Shown here piece after piece: positions 56,907 to 64,000 of a DNA stretch of 64,000 bases. How positions within the stretch are numbered: the stretch's first letter is position 1; every line of letters begins with the position of its first letter. Under the pieces are notes generated by a model. It searched no databases. It was not told the DNA's origin and worked only from the letters and a program-made list of their open reading frames with translations. The translations under genes and the position numbers were made by a program. Origin of the DNA: an uncultured Eubacteriales bacterium (GTDB lineage Bacteria; Bacillota; Clostridia; Oscillospirales; UBA644); contig CAKSBH010000002.1 of assembly GCA_934438175.1 (NCBI GenBank), positions 156,780 through 220,779 of the forward strand. The letters run 5' to 3'.

Positions 56907-56939
56907 GCGGCTTAACATGGATAAAAGGAGATGCCGAAG

Positions 56940-57680
56940 ATGAGCGGACAAGGGGCAAGAACGCTGTATCTGCTGAAAATTCTGATGCGGGAATCCGACC
57001 GGGAGCATCCGCTGGGACTTTCGGAGTTGACGGAAAAACTGGCGGAATACGGAGTTTCGGCTGAGCGCAAGGCGCTGTACCGGGATCTGAGCGTTTTGCG
57101 CGACTGCGGCTTTGACGTGGTGAAAAAACGGGGGAAAACGCTGGGGTATTATCTGCAGAACCGTTGGCTGACCGGGGACGATCTGCGTACGCTTGCCGAT
57201 GCCGTTGCGGCGGCGGACTTTCTTCCGCGGAGACGCAGTGCGGAGCTTCTTCGCCGGCTGGAACAGCTGCTTCCCGACTGTGATGAGCGGGGGATGGAGC
57301 CGCTGACGTACACAACGGTGCGCACGGAATTCCGCGCCGCAGAGAAATACGCGCTGATCCGTCAGGCGTGCGAGACGGGGCGGCGGCTCCGGTTTTCGTA
57401 CCGGCCCCGGGGCGAAAAGGAGCGGGAATATCTGCTTTCGGTGTACGGACTGATCCGCTCCGGCGGTCTGTGGCTCTGCGCGGGAAGCACGTCTCTGGAC
57501 GATTCCATTGGATTTTTCCGTCTGGAGCGGATGTCTGCGCTTTCGGTCTCCGGTGAGGCGGCGGAGGATATCCGGGTGGTGACCGGCGATATGGATTTCA
57601 AGCCGGGACGTTTCGCAGACGGCGCCGCGCAGACCGGGGTGTTTGACGAGGCGGACGGAATTTTTGAGGAGCATTTGTGA
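56940..57680 (+). CDS. HTH + WYL-domain transcriptional regulator
   Basis: ATG 56940, 10 nt after AAAGGAG. N-terminal wHTH (RTLYLLKILMRESDREHPLGLSELTEKL). WYL-type domain (RLRFSYRPRG...LLSVYGLIRSGGLWLCAG...FFRLERM). Confidence 0.8.
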   Translation: MSGQGARTLYLLKILMRESDREHPLGLSELTEKLAEYGVSAERKALYRDLSVLRDCGFDVVKKRGKTLGYYLQNRWLTGDDLRTLADAVAAADFLPRRRSAELLRRLEQLLPDCDERGMEPLTYTTVRTEFRAAEKYALIRQACETGRRLRFSYRPRGEKEREYLLSVYGLIRSGGLWLCAGSTSLDDSIGFFRLERMSALSVSGEAAEDIRVVTGDMDFKPGRFADGAAQTGVFDEADGIFEEHL

Positions 57681-57755
57681 GAAAAATTTCCCGGCAGAGC
57701 CGGGAATCGGGCGGCACGCCGGGGAGGGCTTGCCTTTGTGTGCAGAAATTTCCAC

Positions 57756-57785
57756 TTGACAAAAAAAGGAAGCCCATGCTAAAAT
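57756..57785 (+). promoter_or_regulatory. promoter of the large secreted protein gene
   Basis: TTGACA (57756-57761), 18-nt spacer including TGc, TAAAAT (57780-57785). Confidence 0.5.
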
Positions 57786-57839
57786 AAAAGAAAAAATCTG
57801 TCGAAATCTGGAAAGATCGGGGACATCAGCGGAGGATGT

Positions 57840-60506
57840 ATGAAGCGGATGGTGCGAAAACCGGCGGCAGTTCTTGTCGCGGTTCTTTTTTTTATGTTGC
57901 TTGCCGTGCTGCCGGCTCTGGCGCAGGGGGATCTTCCGGATGCCTATACCGAAATCTCCGCGGAAGCCGGATGGTTTTTTACGGCAGCCGAAACAACGGT
58001 ATACACCGAGCCCTCCGCTTCTTCGGCACCAATGCGCACGCTTTCTGCCGGTGAACTGGTCTGGATTGTTTCCTCGGGGACGTCGGCGGACGGGAATACC
58101 TGGCGGAAAATCGGGACTTTTGAGGGGCTGAACGACGATCTGCCCGGCGGGTATCTGGACGCCGGCCGTGTTTCTCCGATTGTTCCGGGCGGATACCGCA
58201 TTTCCCCGAATCTGTCGGTCAAGCTGCTGGCGCGGAGCGGACCGGCAAAGACCTACGACCGGGTCGGCTCGTTTTCGGCGGGAACGAAGCTGGATGTGCT
58301 GGAAATTTCGGAAAGCGGCTTCGGCCGTGTTTCCCAGGACGGTGTTACGGGCTGGGTTTTTCTCGGCTATACCCGCTATACCGGAGAGGAACCGGTGGGC
58401 GGCTTTGTTCTTTCGTTTGATGCCGCCGGCGGAACGGGGGCTCCGCTTGCCATGCGGATCACGGCATCTTCCCCGGTTTCGCTTCCCCTGAAAACGCCGG
58501 TGCGGGACGGCTATGCGTTCTGCGGCTGGGCGGAAGCGCCGGGGCAGACCGAGGTGGTTTACCGTACCGGATCCTCCTATCAGGGCTCTTCGGACGCGAC
58601 GCTGTATGCCGTGTGGATTCCGGCGACGACCACGGACGGCATCCGGCAGAAACTGGATTCCCTGCGCTCGGTCTATCCGGACCGGTGGTTCTGGAATCAC
58701 CGGGTCTCCTCCTCGTCCGACCGGGCAAGTTCTCTGCTGTCCTCTTCGCGCAAGCAGGGCGAGCGGTTCTCGGATTCGGTTTCGCAGACGCCGTGTGCCA
58801 CGCATTCCGGTTCGTGCGCCGTGGGAAAATACGACTGCAACGTGTTTGACAACGCCATGCAGTGCTTCGGCTTTGCGCGGAAGCTGTTTTATGAAATTTA
58901 CGGAGAGCGTGTTTACGGCGCGGCAAAGCATACCGATGTCGCCAACGTGGCGGTGGGGGATTTTATTTCCGTGCGCAACAATTCGCATTATGCCATTGTT
59001 CTGTCACGCACCGACACGTCCGTCACGGTCGTTTCCTGCAATTTTTCCGGACTGGGTGCGGCGTACCGCTGTCAGATCCGCTGGGACACGCCCACGTATG
59101 AGATTTCGGAGCTGACGTATTATGTGCGCGCCACGAATTATGCCGTAGCGGACGGGACGTCCTATTCGGTTGTATACGACGCGAACGGCGGCGAAAACGC
59201 CCCGGCACCGCGCTGGAAAGCCGCCGGCGCTGCGCTGACGGTAACATCGGCGGAGCCGTTCCGCGAGGGATGCGAGTTCCTGGGCTGGGCAACGGAAAAG
59301 AATTCTTCCGTGGTGGTGTACCGGGCGGGGGACAGCATCCGGGAGGATTGTGACCGGACGCTGTATGCCGTCTGGGGGCACGACCATCGGTATGAGGAAG
59401 CCGTAACGCTTCCCACCTGCACGGCGGGGGGCTTTACCGCACACATCTGCTCGGTCTGCGGGGATACTTACCGGGACGCGTTTACGGAAGCGACGGGGCA
59501 TGCTTTCGGGGACTGGATTGTGAGACAGGAGCCCACAACGGAAGCCGAAGGCGTCCGGAGCCATGTCTGCGGAGATTGCGGGCAGGAAGAGACCGAGCCG
59601 CTGCCGAAGCTTCCCGCGCTGGCGTTCCGCAGTGCTTCGCTTGCGCTGCACAGCGATCTGACCGTGGTGTTTTCGCTGGATCGTTCTCTGTTGGAGGCGG
59701 GCGGCTATACGGGGGCGTATGTGGTGTTCTCCTGGGACGGAGAAGAGGAAACCGTTGTGACGGCGTATACGGAGACGGAAACGGCGCTGCTGTTCCGCTT
59801 TGAAAACATTGCACCGTTCCGCATGGGAGACACCTTTACCGCAACGCCTTACGCGGTGCGCGACGGAAAGACCGTAGCGGGCAAGGCGCAGCCGTACGGC
59901 ATCGGCTCGTACTGTATGCGCAAGCTTTCGCAGAGCACGACCGATGCGAAAACACGCACGCTGCTGGTGGATCTTCTGCGCTACGGCGCGGCGACCCAGC
60001 AGTACACCGGGTATCGGACCGATGCGCTTGCCGACGCCTTTCTGACGGAGGAGCAGGCGGCATGGGGGACGGAAAAGATTCCCGCTATGGTCTCCGTGAC
60101 GGATCCTGCCTATATTCCGCTGGAGGGTGCGGAGATTGTATGGAAATCGGCATCGCTTGTGCTGAAGACCCGTATTTCCGTCCGCACGGTGTTCGCGGCG
60201 GAGAAGACGGATGGCTTGAGCGTCCGTGTGACGGACCGGGAGGGGAATCTTCTGGAGGAGATTACGGATTTTGAGGAAGCCGGAGCCGGAAGATATGCCG
60301 TAAGCTTCGACGGATATTCCTCGGCAAAACTTTCGGCGTATCTTCTGTTTACCGTTTGCCGGGACGGAAAGCCGGTTTCGCATACGCTGGCATACAGCGC
60401 GGAATCGTATTGCTCCGGTAAACAGAACGCGGCGGACGAGACGCTTGCCGCTCTGGTCATTGCCCTGATGCGGTACGGAAACGCCAGCGTGGCTTACGCA
60501 ACATGA
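57840..60506 (+). CDS. large secreted multidomain protein (SH3b-like, Listeria-Bacteroides-type repeats, papain-like Cys-peptidase/amidase-like core, Cys-rich module)
   Basis: 888 aa. Signal peptide ...LPALAQG. SH3b-like segments (TVYTEPSASSAPMRTLSAGELVWIV, GWVFLGYTRY). Two repeat modules ending ATLYAVW / RTLYAVW. Candidate Cys/His pair (NAMQCFGFARKLF, NNSHYAIV). CSVCG...CGDCG module. Confidence 0.75.
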   Translation: MKRMVRKPAAVLVAVLFFMLLAVLPALAQGDLPDAYTEISAEAGWFFTAAETTVYTEPSASSAPMRTLSAGELVWIVSSGTSADGNTWRKIGTFEGLNDDLPGGYLDAGRVSPIVPGGYRISPNLSVKLLARSGPAKTYDRVGSFSAGTKLDVLEISESGFGRVSQDGVTGWVFLGYTRYTGEEPVGGFVLSFDAAGGTGAPLAMRITASSPVSLPLKTPVRDGYAFCGWAEAPGQTEVVYRTGSSYQGSSDATLYAVWIPATTTDGIRQKLDSLRSVYPDRWFWNHRVSSSSDRASSLLSSSRKQGERFSDSVSQTPCATHSGSCAVGKYDCNVFDNAMQCFGFARKLFYEIYGERVYGAAKHTDVANVAVGDFISVRNNSHYAIVLSRTDTSVTVVSCNFSGLGAAYRCQIRWDTPTYEISELTYYVRATNYAVADGTSYSVVYDANGGENAPAPRWKAAGAALTVTSAEPFREGCEFLGWATEKNSSVVVYRAGDSIREDCDRTLYAVWGHDHRYEEAVTLPTCTAGGFTAHICSVCGDTYRDAFTEATGHAFGDWIVRQEPTTEAEGVRSHVCGDCGQEETEPLPKLPALAFRSASLALHSDLTVVFSLDRSLLEAGGYTGAYVVFSWDGEEETVVTAYTETETALLFRFENIAPFRMGDTFTATPYAVRDGKTVAGKAQPYGIGSYCMRKLSQSTTDAKTRTLLVDLLRYGAATQQYTGYRTDALADAFLTEEQAAWGTEKIPAMVSVTDPAYIPLEGAEIVWKSASLVLKTRISVRTVFAAEKTDGLSVRVTDREGNLLEEITDFEEAGAGRYAVSFDGYSSAKLSAYLLFTVCRDGKPVSHTLAYSAESYCSGKQNAADETLAALVIALMRYGNASVAYAT

Positions 60507-60524
60507 GAGGAGAAAAGAAAAAAG

Positions 60525-60562
60525 ACAGCCGCCGGATTCTCCGGCGGCTGTTTCTGTTTTTT
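60525..60562. terminator. bidirectional terminator
   Basis: ACAGCCGCCGGA (60525-60536) / TCCGGCGGCTGT (60540-60551), then TTCTGTTTTTT. A-rich on the left. Confidence 0.85.
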
Positions 60563-60565
60563 CTG

Positions 60566-63193
60566 TCAGGTGTTGGGACGAAGTTTGCGCTGAAAGAATT
60601 TGACCAGTTCCACGATGGGAATTGTCATGGCGGCAAGCCCGATGGCGATGCCGTATTCCGCGAGCGATACCGGGGTGAAGCCGAACAGCGTGGAAAGGAA
60701 CGGAATCTCGCAGACGGCGGTGGTTGCCAGCAGACTGCAGACTGCCGCGCCGAACAGCATCCGGTTGTGCGTCTTCAGCCCGAAGATGGAGCCGCGCTGA
60801 GAGCGCATGTTGAAGCTGTGGAAGATCTCCGCCATGCTCATGGTCAGAAACGCCATGGTCGTTCCGTCCGCACTGTTTTCCAGCGCGATTCTTCCGTTGG
60901 TGTACAGATCGCCGAGGAAGAAGGAGAGCAGGGTCAGGGCGGCAATCAGAATGCCCTGATAGGCGATATCGATGCCCATGCCGTCGGAGAAGATGCCGGC
61001 GTCTTTGCGGCGGGGACGGCGTTTCATAATGCCCGGCTCCGCCTTTTCCATGCCGAGAGCAAGTGCCGGGAAGCAGTCGGTAACCAGGTTGATCCACAGC
61101 AGATGGACCGGATCCAGAATGGTGAAGCCCAGAAGCGTCGCCGCAAAGATGCTGAGAACCTCGCTCATGTTGGAGCCGAGCAGGAACTGGATGGCTTTGC
61201 GGATGTTGTCGTAGATGCGGCGTCCTTCTTCGACGGCGTGGACGATGGTGGCGAAGTTGTCGTCTGCCAGAACCATATCGGCAACGTTCTTGGTCACATC
61301 CGTTCCGGTGATGCCCATGCCGACCCCGATGTCGGCGGATTTGATGGACGGCGCGTCGTTGACGCCGTCTCCCGTCATGGCGGTGACGTAGCCGGCATTC
61401 CGCCAGGCATTGACGATGCGGGTTTTGTGCTCCGGCTGAACACGGGCGTATACGGCGATGTCGCGGAAGCATTTTTCAAATTCTTCGTCGCTCATGCGGG
61501 AAAGCTCGGAGCCGGTGATGGCGCGGCGTCCCTCTGTGAGGATGCCCAGTTCTTTGGCGATGGCGATGGCGGTGTCGATGTGGTCGCCGGTAATCATGAT
61601 GGCGCGCACGCCGGCGTCGTTGCATTCTTCAATGGCGGCTTTGACCTCCGGGCGCACCGGGTCGATCATGCCGGTCAGACCGAGGAAGCAAAGATCCTGC
61701 TCTGCTGTGGCGGCATCTTCTTTCGGCATGGTGTCGTAGAGACGCATGGCTGCTGCCAGCACACGCAGGGCACGGTCTGCCATGGCTTTGTTCCGGATAA
61801 GAATGGTGGCACGGACCTCATCGGTCATCGGCAGAATCTTTCCGTCCTTCCAATAGGAGGTGCAGCGGTCAAGAATCACGTCGGGAGCGCCCTTGGTGTA
61901 CTGGACGGTCTGCGAGCCCTTGCGGTGGAAGGTGGTCATCATCTTGCGGGAGCTGTCAAACGGAATTTCGCCGACACGGGGAGATGCCTTTTCTGCTTCG
62001 GATTTACGGATGCCGGTCTTCGCCGCATAGGCAACCAGCGCCGCTTCCGTCGGTTCGCCGCTGACCGAGCCGTCCTCTTCCAGACGGGCATCGGAGCAGA
62101 GACACATGGCTTCGGCAAGCAGGGGGAGATCGGAGCCGAAGGCATCCACAACGGTCATCCGGTTCTGCGTCAGCGTTCCGGTTTTGTCGGAGCAGATGAT
62201 CTGTGCGCAGCCCAGCGTTTCCACGGCGGTGAGCTTGCGGATGATGGCGCTGCGCCTGGACATATTGGTGACACCGATGGACAGCACCACGGTCACAACG
62301 GCGGCAAGACCTTCCGGAATGGCGGCAACGGCAAGCGAAACGGCGACCATGAACGAGTTGAGAACGGTTTCAAATTCCAGCCCGGATCGAAGCAGCTGTA
62401 CTGCGAAGATGACCACACAGATGCCGAGAACCAGTTTGGTGAGAATGCCGGACAGCTGCGACAGCTTGATCTGCAGCGGTGTCTGACCGTCTGAGGCACG
62501 GCTGATGGCGTCGGCGATCTTGCCCATTTCGGTATCCATGCCCGTTTCCGTAACCACAAATCTGCCGCGTCCGTATACAACGGTGCTGCCGGTGTAGACC
62601 ATGTTTTTGCGGTCACCCAGCGGTACGGTTCCGTCGGAAAGCTGCAGAACATCAATCATTTTGTTGACGGGCACACTTTCGCCGGTGAGGGCGGATTCTT
62701 CGATTTTGAGCCCGGCGTTTTCCAGAAGACGTCCGTCTGCGGGAACCGCATCGCCCGCTTCCAGAAGAACCACATCGCCCACCACGAGATCCTCGCTGGG
62801 GATGCTGACCACTTTTCCGTCCCGCAGAACACGGGAGGTGGCACTGTTCATCTTCTGCAATGCCTCAATTGCCTTTTCCGCCTTGCTTTCCTGGTATACG
62901 CCCAGCACGGCGTTGACGATGACGACAAACAGAATGATGAAGACATCGGCAAAGCTTTCGTTGTTGCAGATGGCAATCACGGCGCTGATGGCGGCGGCGA
63001 CCAGAAGAATGATGGTCATCGGGTCTGCCATCTGTGCGAAGAACCGTTTGATCCACGGGTCCTTTTTGGCTTCCTTCAGCCGGTTCTTCCCGTTCTGGGC
63101 AAGACGCCTTGATGCTTCCTGCTGTTGCAGCCCCTGTGCGGAAGACTGCGTGTTTTCCAGTGCGTGCTCGGCACTGTCTGCATAGTAGTTCAT
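60566..63193 (-). CDS. P-type cation-translocating ATPase (P2-type, Ca2+/Mn2+ class)
   Basis: 875 aa. Phosphorylation motif DKTGTLT, hinge TGDGVNDAP, TGES actuator motif, about 10 TM segments. Confidence 0.92.
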   Translation of the reverse strand: MNYYADSAEHALENTQSSAQGLQQQEASRRLAQNGKNRLKEAKKDPWIKRFFAQMADPMTIILLVAAAISAVIAICNNESFADVFIILFVVIVNAVLGVYQESKAEKAIEALQKMNSATSRVLRDGKVVSIPSEDLVVGDVVLLEAGDAVPADGRLLENAGLKIEESALTGESVPVNKMIDVLQLSDGTVPLGDRKNMVYTGSTVVYGRGRFVVTETGMDTEMGKIADAISRASDGQTPLQIKLSQLSGILTKLVLGICVVIFAVQLLRSGLEFETVLNSFMVAVSLAVAAIPEGLAAVVTVVLSIGVTNMSRRSAIIRKLTAVETLGCAQIICSDKTGTLTQNRMTVVDAFGSDLPLLAEAMCLCSDARLEEDGSVSGEPTEAALVAYAAKTGIRKSEAEKASPRVGEIPFDSSRKMMTTFHRKGSQTVQYTKGAPDVILDRCTSYWKDGKILPMTDEVRATILIRNKAMADRALRVLAAAMRLYDTMPKEDAATAEQDLCFLGLTGMIDPVRPEVKAAIEECNDAGVRAIMITGDHIDTAIAIAKELGILTEGRRAITGSELSRMSDEEFEKCFRDIAVYARVQPEHKTRIVNAWRNAGYVTAMTGDGVNDAPSIKSADIGVGMGITGTDVTKNVADMVLADDNFATIVHAVEEGRRIYDNIRKAIQFLLGSNMSEVLSIFAATLLGFTILDPVHLLWINLVTDCFPALALGMEKAEPGIMKRRPRRKDAGIFSDGMGIDIAYQGILIAALTLLSFFLGDLYTNGRIALENSADGTTMAFLTMSMAEIFHSFNMRSQRGSIFGLKTHNRMLFGAAVCSLLATTAVCEIPFLSTLFGFTPVSLAEYGIAIGLAAMTIPIVELVKFFQRKLRPNT

Positions 63194-63210
63194 ACGACAC
63201 CTTCCTTAAA

Positions 63211-63262
63211 AATTAAGAAAAAGACTCACGAAGAAAAACGCAGGACGCTTCTTCGTGAGTCT
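63211..63262 (-). terminator. leader terminator upstream of the P-type ATPase
   Basis: Minus strand AGACTCACGAAGA (63262..63250) / TCTTCGTGAGTCT (63234..63222), then TTTTTCTT. Lies between the promoter and the SD. Confidence 0.8.
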
Positions 63263-63355
63263 CATCATTTCATTCAGCCCAGACGGAAAAGCTCCATCGG
63301 TTGTTGGGTGGTGAAGCGACGTGACCGAACACGGCGCCGATTACTCCCTCACTGA
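63255..63355 (-). promoter_or_regulatory. riboswitch candidate, yybP-ykoY (Mn2+)-like
   Basis: 5' GUGAG-GGAGUAAUCGG... and 3' ...GAUGAGA-CUCAC can form a closing helix. Resembles the conserved GGGGAGUAG / GAGAGAC elements. The 3' strand of that helix is part of the terminator's 5' arm. Confidence 0.4.
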
Positions 63356-63369
63356 TTTCAATTTTGTTT

Positions 63370-63398
63370 ATTGTAGCACATCCGGATTGTTTTGTCAA
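63370..63398 (-). promoter_or_regulatory. sigma-A promoter of the ATPase leader
   Basis: Minus strand TTGACA (63398..63393), 17-nt spacer, TACAAT (63375..63370). Confidence 0.6.
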
Positions 63399-63414
63399 GC
63401 CGCCCCGGCGTTTC

Positions 63415-64000
63415 TTATTTGGCGTTGCGCCCCCGCATGATCTGCTTCATACGGATGGAATGATCCAGTTCCTTTTTGCGCAGACGCATGGATTTCGGTG
63501 TAACTTCCACCAGTTCGTCGTCCGCGATGAACTCAAGCGCCTGCTCCAGACTGAACTTGACGGGAGGAACAAGACGCAGGGCATCGTCGTGTCCGGACGA
63601 GCGGATGGCGGTCATGTGCTTCTTCTTGCACACGTTGACCACGATGTCGTCGCCTTTGGCGGCGCGGCCGACGATCTGACCGGCATAGACCATGTCGGCA
63701 GGGTCGATGAACATGGCACCGGAATCCTGCGAGTTGAAGATGCCGTAGGTGGTTGCTTCGCCTGTTTCAAAGGCAACCAGAGAACCGTTGGCACGGCGGG
63801 GAATGTCGCCGCGGAACGGCTTGTAGCTGTCAAACACCGAGGTCATGATGCCCTCGCCGCGGGTATCGGTCATAAACTCGCTGCGATAGCCGAACAGACC
63901 GCGGGACGGAATGAGAAATTCCAGACGGGTGCGGGACCCGATGTTGGTCATGTGCAGCAGCTCGCCCTTGCGGGTTCCCATCTTTTCCATCACGGAACCG
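63415..64000 (-). CDS. typA: translational GTPase TypA/BipA, C-terminal part (gene continues past the window end)
   Basis: The translation matches the BipA C-terminal domains (LEFLIPSRGLFGYRSEFMTDTRGEGIM...LRLVPP...EFIADDELVEVTPKSMRLRK). Confidence 0.92.
   Translation of the reverse strand, partial: GSVMEKMGTRKGELLHMTNIGSRTRLEFLIPSRGLFGYRSEFMTDTRGEGIMTSVFDSYKPFRGDIPRRANGSLVAFETGEATTYGIFNSQDSGAMFIDPADMVYAGQIVGRAAKGDDIVVNVCKKKHMTAIRSSGHDDALRLVPPVKFSLEQALEFIADDELVEVTPKSMRLRKKELDHSIRMKQIMRGRNAK

Noticed and set aside
56940-60506. WYL regulator plus large adjacent gene as a phage-defence module.
   Set aside because: The large protein has a signal peptide, SH3b-like segments and cell-surface repeat modules, so it is an extracellular enzyme or adhesin. 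It has no nuclease, ATPase or helicase features.

Overview
Chromosomal window from a high-GC, spore-forming Firmicute of class Clostridia. Spo0A, RemA, a long HPF, Stp/PrkC and the rpoZ-priA-def-fmt-rlmN-stp-prkC-rsgA block are all present; a finer taxon needs a database search. I call about 60 protein genes, including one unannotated 54-codon ORF, plus one frameshifted pseudogene and one tRNA-Leu(GAG). I saw no rRNA, CRISPR array, transposase or integrase. Most content is housekeeping: htpG, psuK-psuG, spo0A, an ABC-F ATPase, an msmX-like ATPase, glxK, a FemAB-like gene, hpf, rsmD-coaD, pyrG-purB-purA, yicC-remA-gmk-rpoZ-priA and typA. The many long ORFs antisense to these genes are high-GC shadow ORFs. 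The most interesting part is the nitrogen-assimilation locus at 26-35.6 kb, which has two divergent operons: glnN(GSIII)-sORF-asnB, and a split glutamate synthase-glnA-ANTAR regulator operon. Their leaders carry three identically built attenuators. In each, a conserved hexaloop hairpin (RGC-AAWGRC-GUY) overlaps the 5' arm of an intrinsic terminator. The cognate ANTAR protein appears to have a phosphorylation-dead receiver domain. Other points worth a second look: a membrane-anchored collagen-like gene broken by two frameshifts, one inside a C10 homopolymer, in a lower-GC patch next to tRNA-Leu; a yybP-ykoY-like (Mn2+) riboswitch candidate in front of a P-type ATPase; and an orphan consensus promoter plus terminator (candidate ~110-nt sRNA) between an XRE regulator and the 3' end of spo0A. 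Several intergenic direct repeats and structured leaders are also noted. All calls come from reading the sequence and the supplied translations. No searches or folding programs were run.
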